DNA of 64,000 nucleotides from Octopus vulgaris (taxonomy: Eukaryota): positions 166,160,001-166,224,000 of the forward strand of contig OX597815.1 of the NCBI GenBank assembly GCA_951406725.2. Reading direction: 5' to 3'. Positions 1-14,366 of this stretch are shown piece by piece; positions within the stretch are counted from its first letter, which is position 1; each line of letters opens with the position of its first letter. A program made the translations under genes and the position numbers. Under the pieces are notes generated by a model that was not told the DNA's origin, did no database searches, and was given only the letters and a program-made list of their open reading frames with translations.

Positions 1-437
<437 letters not shown>

Positions 438-999
438 TTAAAGAAGAAGGGGAGTGACCATGGCCGCTTTTAAAGTCTTACAAGACTGACTTCCGTCCAC
501 CAAATTTCGCCGCTCACGTAGCTTTGGTCGAATCGAGACTTTTGCAGAATACACTTTGCTCAAGGTGCGGGACACTAAGTGGATAAGAATCAAACTTCCT
601 ACCTACACAAATATGCCTGCTCTTCAAAAAACGATATGAAATAGCTTCAAACTGGGAATCGAAACCGCATCGTGGTGTTTAGCTCAACGGGAGTTTCCGA
701 ATTACTTTGCAATGCACAATATATCGCCAAAATAAATAACGGAATCGTTGTGACAACACCAAAACAAACAAATACTGGGAAGCGACTGAGTTTATATATA
801 GATATATAAAGATAAAGCTTAAATATTAAAAGGAAAAACAAAAAGGAGTGTTTCATGGCTCTGTGTGTTCCTTTCTTCCACAAAATGCCGTCGTAGCGGT
901 TAACCACAGACATCAAAACGTTGAAATCCAAACGGGTCTTATCAACGTACCATAACCACAACCACTTTTCTATGTGCGTGCGTACATGTGTGTGTTGTG

Positions 1000-1059
<60 letters not shown>

Positions 1060-1135
1060 GGTCCTGAGCTTCGTGTATAGCGTTTGTGAAACGCGGCGCT
1101 CTCAGCTTTTGAGTCACTTTGGAACTTCTGCCGAT

Positions 1136-1176
<41 letters not shown>

Positions 1177-1288
1177 GTATGTATGTATACTTACAAATCT
1201 TTCTCATCTTTCTGTTTCTCTCTTCGTCTGTCTCGCTTTCTGAACACACACACAAATATATACATATTCACATACATATAGAAATGTG

Positions 1289-1375
<87 letters not shown>

Positions 1376-1964
1376 ATATGCCCGCGCCCACTGGAGTCTG
1401 ACGAGTCGTCTATACGCATACACATACATACATATATACACGTACAGACGCACTCGCGCACACACACACTCACACACACACAACACACACACATATACAC
1501 ACATACACACATCGTCCAGCGTTATAACCACAACTTCCGCACGATTAAACTAACAACACTTAACACTGTTTCAACATCACCACCACCACCACCACCACCA
1601 CTTCATCATTCAAATTGTCGGATATTCCTCCCCCCTCTCTCACCATTACCATATTCTTTTCTTTCTTTTTCCTGCATCACTTCTCCAGCTTCATTTCAGA
1701 CTTTCTACGTTCCCCCCCCCCTTTTTTTTCTTTCTCTCTCCTTTGTCGTATATAGATTTGTCTGTCTCTCTATATAATATTCTCATGCGTTCTCTCTTTG
1801 TTTCTCTGTCTCACTCTCTCTCTCTCTCGCTTTCTGTCTCTCTCTCTCTATCTCACTCCTTCTATGTCTGGCTGTCTCGCTCCCCCCTCTCTCTCTCTCC
1901 TTCCTTGTCTCTCTGTATTTCAGTTTTTCTTCTGTGTTTTTCTGACCTTCATAATTAAGAAACC

Positions 1965-2760
1965 GCAAAGGTCGGCGAACTGGTAGAATTGTTGAGTGGG
2001 TCGGGGAAAATAAGTGCCTCGCCTTATTCCAACCAACTCATTATGCTTTGAGCTCAGCCGTTACTGGGGTCACATATACCTTTCAACCCTCTGGGTGTCG
2101 GTAAAATAAAGTACCATCGTAGAACTGAGGTCAATGTATTTCATCCGACTCTTTACGTTATTACGCGTTCAGTTGGGTTCATATTTGCCTTTCAACCTCG
2201 TGGGGGCAATAGACTAAAGTACCATCCTAGATCCTAGATCCTGTGTTGAGTTCTCGCTGAGACCATCTTTGTTTTTTAGGCCTTTGTGGGCTATAAAATA
2301 AGTACCATACTAGTGCTGAGGTTGATGTATTTCATCCGACTCTTTACGTCATATGTTCATTTCTCGTTGGGGTCAACTTTGCCATTCAACCTCTGGGGAC
2401 GACAGACTAAAGTGCCATCTTAGAATCGGAGTTGATCTACTTCACCCGACTCTTTACGTTATTCGTTCATCTCTCGTTGGGGGTCATTTTAGCCTTTCAA
2501 CCCTCTGGAAAAGTGCCATCCATGTGCTGGGATCGATGTATTTCATCGCTCTGTGTTCAGTTCTCGCTGAGGTCACCTTGGCCTTTCAACCACTGGGGGA
2601 TATAAAGTAAAGTACCATCCATGTGCTGGGAGTCGATGTATTTCATCGCTCTGTGTTCAGTTCTCGCTGAGGTCATCTTGGCCTTTCAACTCTCTGGGGG
2701 CATTAAAGTACCATCCACGTACTATGGTCAACGTAATCGACTAACCTCCTCGCCTCAAAA
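1965..2760 (+). repeat. Tandem array of degenerate ~70-120 bp units derived from the family D (Nin-like) SINE core
   Basis: Repeated GCCTTTCAACC..GGGG..TAAAGTACCATC and TTCATCCGACTCTTTACG modules following a SINE head at ~1968. Confidence 0.7.
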
Positions 2761-3406
2761 TCGGTGGTTTGGTGCAGTGGCTCCCAAAGTGGGCGGTACT
2801 TCCTTCACCCACACCGAGAGTGAAGAAAAGATCGGGGGGGAGGCGTTGAAAAAAAGCGGGGTGATAATGGAGTGCCCAAAAGGGGCGATGAATATAAAAA
2901 CTACAAAATTATGGGTTAATTGGATTAAGGATTCTTGATTGTCCCCAGGTGAGAGAATTTATAAAAATTTGTACATTTTATACATTCAATGGATAATACT
3001 GACTCTGTACATGTATAAATGAGCTTTATTTGTTCTCGTCGTAAAATACATTCTTGGTAACTATAAAGCGTGCCACATCTCAAAAGTTGAGATGTTTCTA
3101 ATTTTACTTAGACTGGTTTGTAACATGCGCATCAATGTCCAGTATCCACAAAAGCTTGAAGATACAAGCAATATCAAAGTCAAGGGCAAAGAGAATGATT
3201 TCATTAGGATATAAAAACAATGACAGAGAGGTGCCAAGGAAGGTGAGATACAAGCATGATGACAATCTTTGATAGTTCGGGAAAAGCCTACACTAGAAAG
3301 ATAAAAACTCATTCCGTAAAATAAGCTTCTTATGTGTTGAATAACTGACCAGTTTATGCTTCGTGTTTACTTTCAGTTACAATTACTAGAGATGATAATG
3401 CAGTTT

Positions 3407-3667
3407 GTGGAGGCGCGTGGCTTAGTGGTTAGGGTGTTAGCACCATGATCGTGATTGTGGTTTCGATTCCTGGACCGGGCGACGCGTTGTGTTCTTGAGC
3501 AAAACATTTCACTTCACTTTGCTCCAGTCCACTCAGCTGGCAAAAATGAGTAACGCTGCGATGGACTGGCGTCTCGTCCAGCTGGGGAACACATACGCCA
3601 TAGAAACCGGGAAACCGGGCCCATGAGCCTGGCTAGGCTTTAAAAGGGCGCATTTATTTATTATTAT
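3407..3667 (+). mobile_element. tRNA-derived SINE family B (Meta-domain-like central motif GCGATGGACTGGCGTC)
   Basis: A box TGGCTTAGTGG, B box GGTTTCGATTCC, (TTTA)n tail; near-identical reverse copy at 31985-32243. Confidence 0.85.
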
Positions 3668-4730
3668 AATGCAGTTTATTGTAACCTTTTATAGTGAAAT
3701 AAACTGATTTTGCAATATGCAGTAGTTTTAATAGCATTAATACATTTGTAGCATTAACACATTTGATATTTTTGTATCATAATAGATCATTCAGTAACTG
3801 GATCTGATACGGCAAAATTGATTGTATATTTGGAATCAGTGTCCAAAGTATGTCCAAAAATGGGTGTAAATATTATGACAAAATCTAAGGTACAATTGGG
3901 ATTCTTTATATTAGTACAAGGGCTGATACACCGGTATATAAAGTAGGTACGCTGGATTTTCAAAACTTGAACTGATTGAGCAAAAGTGGTGGCTTATTTG
4001 GATTCAACGTTTAAATATACCCAAGAATAGATCTAACCTTTTAGCAAGCAGAATATTTTTGTTGGCCTGTATAACATATTTACCCCCACTCCATCATGTA
4101 AATATTTACTCACAAGGAAAAAAATTATTCTTGGTTCAGAATCAATGACATAGGGGTTGTTTTGTTGACTTGATATATTTAGCTAAGTCGGTATATCTCA
4201 GTATACCTCCTTCATCTTTAACTGTTGTTATTTCGCCTCTTTCCAAAACCCGAATGAACAGAATTATGACTAACTGATTTCCAACTGCGACCATCTCGCT
4301 TTTATTTGAGTAACTAAAACTCTTGTTCAACGTCACCATTAATCTCGAGGTAGCAGGGTTTGATTTGAGGGCGATGGAGGAACATCATCAGCACACTAAA
4401 TAGTTACTATTTAGCATTGCATCGTTTCATTCAACCTCTCTCTGTGTCTTTCTTTCTCTCTCCCCACTCTCATTCTCACTCACACACATATACACTCATG
4501 TAAACACACACAAATACATATGCTGGGTCATCCCATAAATAATGCGGGTTTTTTTATACTTCTTTTATTTTTCCAAAATTAAGATAAATAAAGTTCTTTT
4601 TTTAATCTAAAATATACTCTCTTTCGTTTTTTTACAATGTTCCTCATTCTAACAAACAGTTGAGTCCAGCTTAAGATTTTTAAACTGAAGAATATGTGCC
4701 AAGTCTTCGGGGATAAACTTCTTCACAGTT

Positions 4731-5140
4731 AGGCGCAGGAGTGGCTGTGTGGTAAGTAGCTTGCTAACCAACCACATGGTTCCGGGTTCAGTCCCACTGC
4801 GTAGCACCTTGGGCAAGTGTCTTCTACTATAGCCCCGGGCCGACCAATGCCTTGTGAGTGGATTTGGTAGACGGAAACTGAAAGAAGCCTGTCGTATATA
4901 TGTATATATATATATATGTGTGTATGTGTTTGTGTGTTTGTGTTTGTCCTCCTAGCATTGCTTGACAACCGATGCTGGTGTGTTTACGTCCCCGTCACTT
5001 AGCGGTTCGGCAAAAGAGACCGATTGAATAAGTACTGGGCTTACAAAGAATAAGTCCCGGGGTTGAGTTGCTCGACTAAAGGCGGTGCTCCAGCATGGCC
5101 GCAGTCAGATGACTGAAGCAAGTAAAAAAAAAAAAAGAAA
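4731..5140 (+). mobile_element. tRNA-derived SINE family C (CORE-like, internal TA/TG microsatellite)
   Basis: Head AGGCGCAGGAGTGGCTGTGTGG...GGTTCAGTCCC, CORE-like ACCTTGGGCAAGT, tail GACTGAAGCAAGTAAAA. Other copies approx. 480-620(-), 7560-7725(-), 17020-17167(+), 19770-20160(-), 29015-29140(+), 40100-40305(+), 56375-56535(-), 57920-58335(-), 61160-61620(-). Confidence 0.9.
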
Positions 5141-5517
5141 AAGAAACAGTAACCGAGTGATCAAGCTACAATATGATTTTGTAACTCTCATCTGATTCAC
5201 GTTTCAGAGACTGGAATGATATACAAGGTCCTGTGGATCACCATTCATGTTCATAAAAAGCAGGGACGATATAAACTCCCAACCATACTTAAACGCGTTT
5301 TCATTTCGCTGTTATTGTTATTTATCCCCCAAGGTCAGCCCTAATTAAGCAGACCCATGATTAAAGACGTTCTTCTAATCATGAGTATCCTATCATTTCA
5401 GGGTTAAGTAGTATTACCTTTGTCTAATACGCCCTACATTTTATTCGAGACTGACTGTCAGACGTTGTTTGAAGATTGGGCTACTATTACAAATTAAATA
5501 TGCACATAGCTGTTAAC

Positions 5518-5558
<41 letters not shown>

Positions 5559-5801
5559 CTTCTTCTTCTTCTTCTTCTTCTTCTTCTTCTTCTTCTTCTC
5601 CTCCTCCTCCTCCTCCTCCTCCCCCTTTTCCTCCTTATTCTCCTTCTCCTTCTCCTTCTTTTTCTTTTTCTTCTTCTTCTTCTTCTTCTTCTCCTCCTCC
5701 TCTTTCTTTCCTCCTCCTTCTCCTCCTCCTTCCTCCTCCTCCTTCTCCTCCTCCTCCTCCTCCTTCTTCTTCTCCTCCTCCTCCTCCTTCTCCTCCTTCT
5801 C

Positions 5802-5832
<31 letters not shown>

Positions 5833-6056
5833 TTCTTCTTCTTCTTCTTCTTCTTCTTCTTCTCCTCCTCCTCCTTCCTTCTTCTTCTTCTTTCTTCTAC
5901 TTCTTCTTCTGTTGATACATCATCAGCACACTAAATAGTTACTATTTAGCATTGCATCGTTTCATTCAACCTCTCTCTGTGTCTTTCTTTCTCTCTCCCC
6001 ACTCTCATTCTCACTCACACACATATGCACTCGCGTAAACACACACAAATACATAT

Positions 6057-7441
6057 GCTGGGTCATCCCATAAATAATGCGGTTTTTTTTTTATACTTCT
6101 TTTATTTTTTTCAAAATTAAGATAAATAAAGTTCTTTTTTAATCTAAAATATACTCTCTTTCGTTTTTTTACAATGTTCCTCCATCTATCTGGTAGATTT
6201 GCGAGGCCCCTCTTCCAAAATTCACTTGTCCATGACGAAAAATACTCCTTAGTACTGTTCTGACCTCGTCTACAGAATTCATATTTTTTCCGTCCAAATA
6301 ATTTTGCAGACAGCGGAATAAATGATAATCAGATGGTGCAATGTCCAGCGAATATGGTGGGTGGGGTATCGTTTACCATTCAAACTATTCCAGCCTTTGG
6401 AATGTCATTCTCGCTGTATGTGGCCAAGCATTATCGTGATGGAAGAACACCTTTCATCTCGAAACTAAAGACGGTCATTTTTCTTCTAGCGCTGACTTAA
6501 GCCACTCAAGCTGCAGTAGATCTCCTTTGTTAAGGTTTGGTTTGGGTTTAAAAGTTCAAAGTGGACTAAATCTTTCATATCCCACCAAACAGATAACAAC
6601 ATCTTACGTGGTTGAAGACCTTCTTTAGCCTGGGGTGCCGGTGTTTCTCCTTTTCCTACTCACTGTCTTCGGAGCTTGATATTTTTATAGAGAACCCATT
6701 TCTCGTCACCAGTCACTATTCGGTCTAAAAAAAAGTTCGTTAGTGAGAAGTGACAGCAAAGAAGAGCACACATTAATTCTATGCACGCGATTATTTCTTT
6801 ATTGCCAACAAGGGGCTAAACATAGAGGGGACAAACAAGGACAGACAAAGGGATTAAGTCGATTACATCGACCCCAGTGCATAACTGGTACTTTATCGAC
6901 CCCGAAAGGATGAAAGGCAAAGTCGACCTCGGCGGGATTTGAACTCACTCGGAAAGCTTGTGAGGAAACTATTAATCCAATTTTCTGACTTTTTGATGGC
7001 AAGCAAGTGTCGATGAATGTTTGAATGACCAAATCCAAGATTCTTTGCTAGTTCTTCAACAGTTACGATAGGTTTTTATTCTGCCAGGAAGTCCTCGTCA
7101 AGCTTTACAGATCTTCCAGGACGTTACTCGTCTTCTAGGCTGTAGTTTCAGGCTCGGAATTTCTGGAATCTTGCTTATTGTCCGATCGCCATATATTGCA
7201 TTAATATTCCTCGCATTTTCCGTTGCGTTGTTGCCTTTATTGAACTCATGAAGCAAAATTTACCGAATATGCTCCTTTGTCACTTCCATTATAGCTTTGA
7301 AAAAATACTATTAAGATCGAACTGCACTAAAAATAAGAACAAGCTAAAATTACTGCCTGCTTTTATAGCAAGTTGAGGCAGGTAATTTATCTTGTCCCCT
7401 TCCGACTTTTAGTTCATGCATTATATATGGGACTACCCAAT
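6057..7441 (-). mobile_element. Decayed mariner (DD34D) transposon with SINE insertion
   Basis: Minus strand reads VFFHHDNAWPHTA...PHPPYSLDIAPSDYHLFRCLQNYLDGK with in-frame stops; imperfect TIRs TGGGTCATCCCATAAATAATGC (~6059) and GCATTATATATGGGACTACCCAA (~7418-7440). Confidence 0.9.
6792..6946 (-). mobile_element. SINE family D (Nin-domain-like), 5'-truncated, inserted in the mariner
   Basis: Reverse complement of GCCTTTCATCCTTTCGGGGTCGATAAAGTACCAG...AAAGAAATA. Confidence 0.85.
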
Positions 7442-7497
7442 ATTTATACATTTATACATTCGCATTTGTAAATAAAAATACACGCACGCACACGCAC

Positions 7498-7554
<57 letters not shown>

Positions 7555-7826
7555 CACACACGACGGACTGTTTTCAGTTTCCGTCTACCAAATTCATTCA
7601 CAAGGCTTTGGTCGGCCGTGGCTATAGCAGAAGAAAGACACTTGCCCAAGGTGCCAATGGGTCTGAACCCGGAACCATGTGGTCAGGAAACAAGCTTTTT
7701 ACAACACAACACAACCCCACCTGCGTTTCCTGAAATTATTTTTCTTTCTCTTTCATAGTCACTCAGAATATTGACACTAGGCATTTGTTTACTTGTCTCG
7801 AAGCAGAGAGAAATTTAATTACCAAG

Positions 7827-7933
<107 letters not shown>

Positions 7934-8210
7934 TATGAATTAGAGATAAAACCAGAATTATGCAACTCAAACAGTGATAGAAATAAACCAATACATAATA
8001 AATAATATAACTATAATTAATATAAAATATAATATATCAACTCTCCCATCGATTTCGACGTATTATGGTGAAGCAGGTTCTTTTGCTCTGTTTTAGCTCT
8101 TATATCTCTGTCTCTTGTGAAATTTTAATCCAACCAATGATCTAGGGACAGATCCACAGATTAGACGTAAGAAAGGACTGTTATACGAAGCTGCAGGCAT
8201 GTTAGCTCAA

Positions 8211-8307
<97 letters not shown>

Positions 8308-9274
8308 ATTCAATACAATTATTTTTTTGCTGTTATGAATTACCACAAAGCACACATATTTCTCCATCTTTCTGTAGAGGTATGGTGTAATAACGTCGGT
8401 TAATGTTATAAAAAAGATTGCGATGATCGTTAGACATCACTTAAGTTATCTGATTACTGTCGAGTAATATCGGTTAATAATATACAAGCAAATGAAGCGA
8501 TTTGTCATACACCAATAAACTAATTGATTACTGTCTAAGCAAACGAACAAACGAACTGTTTGTATTTTATTGTTAAATACTTCTTAAAAACTGTACCGAC
8601 TCTTTTCGTATTTTTTTCTTTACTGTTCGAGAGAAAACACAATATAATATGTGATGCTAGTGAAAACGCAATTGGTTTAATGGTTCCAAACGCAAAAATG
8701 TTCTGAGATAAGTTGCGATTTTTTCTAACAAAAACGAAAGATAAACTAAGCCACGACCAACCCTTTTATCTGGTTATTGCACTCTAGAACCCCCGTTTCT
8801 GGTTACATTGTGTTTTGAATTAGGAAACTAAATACTCTTCGCGGCGTAGTTCAAAGAGAGGTTTCAAATTCCGGATATAACTTGGGATTCCGAGTATAAT
8901 TAACCTGATATTTCTGAATAGAAAGGGGTCTGATAAGAAACTTACAGAAATACGCAGCAAATTTTACGAAAATCAACAGCAACCCTCTGCTCCAAAACGA
9001 GGCTGCTATAATACTTTCTACGAGACAAAAGATGGTCATTGCCACATTACATTTAACATCTGATATTTTTGAATAAGCTTTATATATTATCTGTAAAGCT
9101 CTCGAATATTTCTTTATATGAAACAAAAAAGTATTGGTTACGATTTTTACATTACAGCGACTTCATATTCATCGTTGACGAAGTGTTACTGTTGTATCCA
9201 ACAACATCCGGTAGGCAGCGAGCCAACATAGGAGCCTCCACGCTCTTATTCGACTTGCTGTCAATCATCTATCA

Positions 9275-9632
9275 TCTATATATATAAAGCTGAAGTTGTT
9301 TGTGTGTGGCAGGTTTGGTAGCCTTCAACTAACACTGTCTCCTCCGAGACCCTGTGGCGCAAGTTGACCAGAATTGAGAGCATGATAGAAATTCAAATCG
9401 GACCATGTTAAGACCAAAAATTATTTACATCAAAAAGGTGCTTTTTTTCTATGAAAATCCCTATTTTTTAGGATTTTTTGACTGCTGTGTCGCCATTTTT
9501 CGGTGTATTTCAACCTGAAAAATGTTCAACTAAAGAGAAAAACAAGCTACATAATGCAAAAGTTTTACTTTTCAAAAATTCCAATTCTAAAGAGTGGAAA
9601 CAAACCCGAGCAACGCCGGGCGATACTGCTAG
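9275..9632 (+). mobile_element. Non-autonomous Helitron
   Basis: 5' TC, 3' CTAG, subterminal hairpin CCCGAGCAACGCCGGG, inserted between A and T with no TSD. Confidence 0.85.
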
Positions 9633-10589
9633 TATTAACTAAATCTCTCGAGGATAAAGTTTTAGAGTTAGTCTACAAGAAAAATAAAACTGGCTGGTCA
9701 TGGCTGGGTTCCTTTTGATCATATAGATTTGCTCAGTCAAATTTGAACTGAGGCTAAACAATCACAACATCCAATAACCTTTCATTCATTTATATCTACT
9801 CCTTTTGCAGTTTCAAAATAGTTGCTTTCTTTTTTCTTTTTAAAGGTTGGTCCGAAGGAGAAGCTTGGTGTCCAAAGCACATTTAGAACCCATTAGATTT
9901 GAAAGTGTTAAGTTTATTACGGATATTTGTTTATTCCTGATATTTATCAACTCTGCATACAGTTAGACATGTGACCGACAACGCGTTATATGATATTTAA
10001 TTGCAAACAAAAATCAATGTGTCACGAAAAATTTAACCGTTTAAAAAAAAATGTGCTGTCTATGCGAAAAATTTGGAAAGCTCTGGCATAGGAGTTTGTG
10101 AAGTGCCAAGTGACAAAAAGGGATAACTCATTCACTTATTCTGAGGATTCACTCGTTTTGTAGATTCCAAAAGAAAACTATATTCATGACAAACATTTGA
10201 GGATTATCCATGTGAGCAAATAAATAGTTACTCCAACCTCATTCTCATCTAACCTTCTCAAGCAAGACCTTTGTTATTCTTATTATTGATCCTAAATGCC
10301 TCAATTTTGGCAGAAGGCCAGCAGTTTTAGCGGGAGTGGGTTTGTCAATTACTTCGATCTCAGTATTTGACTGGTACTTTATTTTATCAACTCCGGAGGG
10401 ATGAAAAGCTAAGTCGAACTTGGCGTGATTTGAACTTAGAACGTAGAGAGCCGGAATAAATGTCATTACGCATTTTGACCGACATGCTAACAATTTTATC
10501 CGTTCGCTGCTAAACGAGCAAAAGACTAAACACAAAATAAGGAGAACCCAAAACAAGGAGAAAACTTAATAGTATACCATTACATATTA

Positions 10590-10972
10590 GCTTCGAATTT
10601 TGGCACAAGTCCAGCAATTTCGGCGAGGGGTATGCTGATTACATCGAACCCAGAGCTCAACTAGAACTTATTTTATCGACTTCGAAAGGATGAAAGGCAA
10701 AGTCAACCTCGACGGGATTTGAACTCAGGATGTGAAGACGAACGAAATACCTATTTCTTTACTACCCACAAGGGGCTAAACACAGAGAAGACAAACAAGG
10801 ACAGACAAACGGATTAAGTCGATTATATCGACCCTAGTGCGTAACTGGTACTTATTTAATTGACCCCGAAAGGATGAAAGGCAAAGTCGACCTCGGCGGA
10901 ATTTGAACTCAGGACGTGAAGACGGACGAAATGTCGTTAAGCCTTTTGTTCAGATTGCTAACTATTCTGCCA
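10590..10972 (-). mobile_element. Nested/tandem SINE family D copies
   Basis: Two Nin-like cores joined at AAAGAAATAG|GTATTTCG (plus strand cgaaatacctatttcttt, ~10743-10760). Confidence 0.8.
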
Positions 10973-12499
10973 TACCATTAAAAATTCAACTGAGGAAGTT
11001 GTTAGATGTTGGCTAGATTCCCATCTTAGTTGTACGAGCTCTGTTATAATAAAAGTCAAACCAAACACACCCTCTCTCTAACCTCACTCAAATTAAGTGT
11101 AGATCGGAAGTGGGTGGGTGACGTATAGGAATGGCAAATAATGGGTTGCAAATCCTAGAAAACTCTAAGTTTGGCACTTTAAATGACGTACCCAGAAAAT
11201 TCTTGCATTATTCCGAATAAATGAGAAACGACGAAATGTAAAATATTAATTAGATGCGCGAACCTATGAAATGCAATAAAAATGAAGAAAACACGCAAAA
11301 CGGTTCGTTTTCTTTTCAAACCAAAACATTCATTTTTACATAGAAACAAATTTTTATTTTTGGCAGTTGTTTAATTGCTTAACCTCATAACATACTATCT
11401 CGTATATTTTCGTTCAGATAATGTCTAGTAAATATATATATATATATAAATATTTGAAGGAAAATATACGTTCACTGTACTCTGAAGTACCTGTCACTTA
11501 TTTCTAACCCGAAATATTTCGTTCATGATGTTATTCCCGTTTTGTATCTCTAACTATCAGTAATTATCATTCCTATCAGTAACCTCATAATAAATCATAA
11601 CTGATCCAAAATAATTTGTGTACTTATTCTTCTTTATAAACAAATACAAAATAAATCATTTAAAAAACTGATATTTTTTTGCATGGAAATTGAAAAAAAG
11701 ACAATTGTATGTTCAGAGGTTAAAAGTAATATGTAGAAAGACTTAATACAAGCAATATTTGTTAAGATTAAAATCCATAATCATACAAACATCATTTGTA
11801 TACAACATATACAATATGTACGAGTACCGGGGTTTGGTGATAAGATTCTTACATTGCCTTCTCTAAAATACAAATTTGATTCTTGATTGAAATATCTTTC
11901 TTTTATACCCTTATGTGGACAATTTGTGTCTGTAGATCTATAATGTGCAACAAAATGGTCTCTGTTAGATTGATTTATCGCGAACACATTGTATGTTGAT
12001 AGGAGTGTTTGGTGTCGACCCATTGATATATTTAGTGTTAAGGACAGTTTTAGGGTAATGCAAGTAGCAGTTAGTCTACTTGAATACATCTGTTTACCTA
12101 CAATTTTAAATATTATTCACAAGTTATTGACAAAGGTCTTATTTCTTTTTTATACACCCTAGTTTGCATAACCTATCTCCCTCAAGAAACGACAAATGCG
12201 CACGGACATGTACAAGTAGAGACAAACTCAGGAGCATACATACACATGCATATACATACAATGCATATACATACATACATACACACATATAGATTTCAAT
12301 TTTTGGCACAAGGTCAGCGAGTTCGGGAGAGGGGATAGGTCGATTACATCGACCCCAATATTAAACTGGTGCTTATTTTATCAACCTCGGAGAGATTGAA
12401 GGCAAAGTCGACTTCCACAGCGTTTGAACTCAGAACGTAAAGACGGGCGAAATAATGCCGCAAAGCATTTTGCTCGGTGTGCTAACGATATATATATAT

Positions 12500-13560
12500 A
12501 TAAAACAAAGTTATTTTATCCCACACGGGTAGAAATATAGTGAAAATAGAAGCTGAAAATGCCCTGAGAATATTTAAAATATTTTTTATCAATATATTTT
12601 AAGCTTTAACCGGTTTCACAGTTTATTTTGATTGGTAGAAGATAGTCACATGACTGGTCTTAAAAATTTTCGTAGGTTCCCCACTACGTCCGTGGGTTAG
12701 TATCAAGTGACACTGTATGGCGTCGTAAGTTAAAGCTGACAGAGTTGACTGAACAAGTCTAAACAATAAATGCTCTGAATGTTTTCTATCAAGTGTTTGT
12801 AGAGAATGGACACATGATTAAGTTTATAACCTTTTGCGTTTCCCGCTACGTCCGTGCGTTAGTGTCACGTGACAGTATATTTTGCGCATAAAAAGAAGGC
12901 CGACACAGTTGAGTGAACATGTTTAGTTATAATCAAGGCACGCCAAACTTAAGCCGTCTGGTGGAAGAGTGGACAGGAGTCATTTGTATGTAGTCCAATA
13001 GCTAAAATTTAGGTTGTTAGCTGTGTAGCTTACTCATGGTAGGTGACAGAATGAATTTTGTGTGTGAATAGTTATTTGTGTATATAATCTGTTAAAGTTT
13101 GTTAAGTCTTGGTTTGTATTTTTGATTGAAAGTATTCGCTGAACATAGTTAGAGTGGGAAGACCTGGAATCTGGAAAACTTATTTTTTGCATAGTGGAAT
13201 CTGTTTAGTACTGGGTTCTTGTATTTGCTGTCGGTAAATGGTTAGTCGATTTCTTAGAGTAAGCTTTGTTTGATCTATGTAATCTTCATTACGTCCTTCA
13301 CATTTGATAGCGCATATTAAATACCTTGAAGAACATGTAAAGTGATTTTTTACGGTAAAAGTCTGTCCTGATTTGAATTCGTATGTTGTGTCTTTAATAA
13401 GGTTGATGCAGGTCCCGCAATTAGGGTAGTCAGATTTTTTGACTGTTGATGTAAGAATTGTGGAAGGTAATGTAGCGCTTGCGGGGAACTTTTTGGTGAA
13501 TTTTGTCTTTTACTTTTGCTTATTGTGTATTTGATTATTTTGTATATTTTTTAGCTTTAC
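12500..13560 (-). mobile_element. Penelope-like element (Neptune-type) 3' fragment: zinc-finger/GIY-YIG remnant plus pseudo-LTR
   Basis: Minus 13449-13180 translates STVKKSDYPNCGTCINLIKDTTYEFKSGQTFTVKNHFTCSSRYLICAIKCEGRNEDYIDQTKLTLRNRLTIYRQQIQEP (CxxC, LIY/YIG-like motifs, catalytic R); degenerate HHR downstream at 12602-12737. Confidence 0.85.
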
Positions 13561-14046
13561 AACTTATAATCAATTTATTTGTATTGTAATGTCTTGAAAA
13601 AAAAATTTTCAACATTTTTTTAACACACAAATAAAATTTTCAAACATCCAATTCTCTCCATTTTCTTTCCTTCAATATTAGTAATAATAATAAATATAAT
13701 AATAATAATAATACTAACACTAATAATAATAACAACAACAACAACAATAATAATAATATATCAATAATTTATATTAAGTTTTTTATAATTGTATTCTTAT
13801 ATGTATTGAATTATAATGTATGTTATTAAGGTTCTCGTTTTTGTTAAATGAACAAATAAGTCAACATTCTAATATCCGAAAGCTGATGAACCAACTAAAT
13901 TGTTTTTCCATTTTCTTAGTTTATTATATATATATATATATAATGGTCATTTTGCCAGTTTAGCCAATAAAAACACACGCACTATATATTTGGTGTTATT
14001 TTACTTCAGTGTTATTTATTTTTTACATTAATCTTAATCTTATTTC

Positions 14047-14090
14047 GGCCAGAGTTCTTTCGTCACACTCCTGTGACCGCATCAGTGGTC
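14047..14090 (-). ncRNA. Minimal type I hammerhead ribozyme variant (A9>C) in a (TA)n-flanked element 13941-14141
   Basis: GACCA-CTGATGC-G-GTCACA(GGAG)TGTGAC-GAAA-GAAC-TC-TGGCC. Confidence 0.65.
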
Positions 14091-14140
14091 CTTTGTTTTC
14101 TTCTTTCTTATAAAAAATCTTGCACAACAAATATTTAAAC

Positions 14141-14191
<51 letters not shown>

Positions 14192-14229
14192 CACTCCAGC
14201 AGAATGAAAAGTAATTTAAATAAGTAAAG

Positions 14230-14366
14230 TCAAGTTGACATTACTATTGTTTCCATAAACGGACAATTTTTAAAATTTCGAATTCCACACAGTTATGCAA
14301 TACAATTAATGTATAGAAATATGTAATGATAATTTTACAGTTCGTTCACATCCTCATACATCTTGA
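14230..14366 (-). ncRNA. Degenerate type I hammerhead with long stem II; partial inverted copy at ~14407-14504
   Basis: GATGT-ATGAGGA-T-GTGAACG...CGTTTAT-G-GAAA-CAATAG-TA-ATGTC; the inverted partner reads GATGTCTGAAGGA, restoring C3. Confidence 0.55.

Noticed and set aside
11781-12089. 102-aa minus ORF with ISMG resembling a PLE RT motif
   Set aside because: No other RT motifs nearby.
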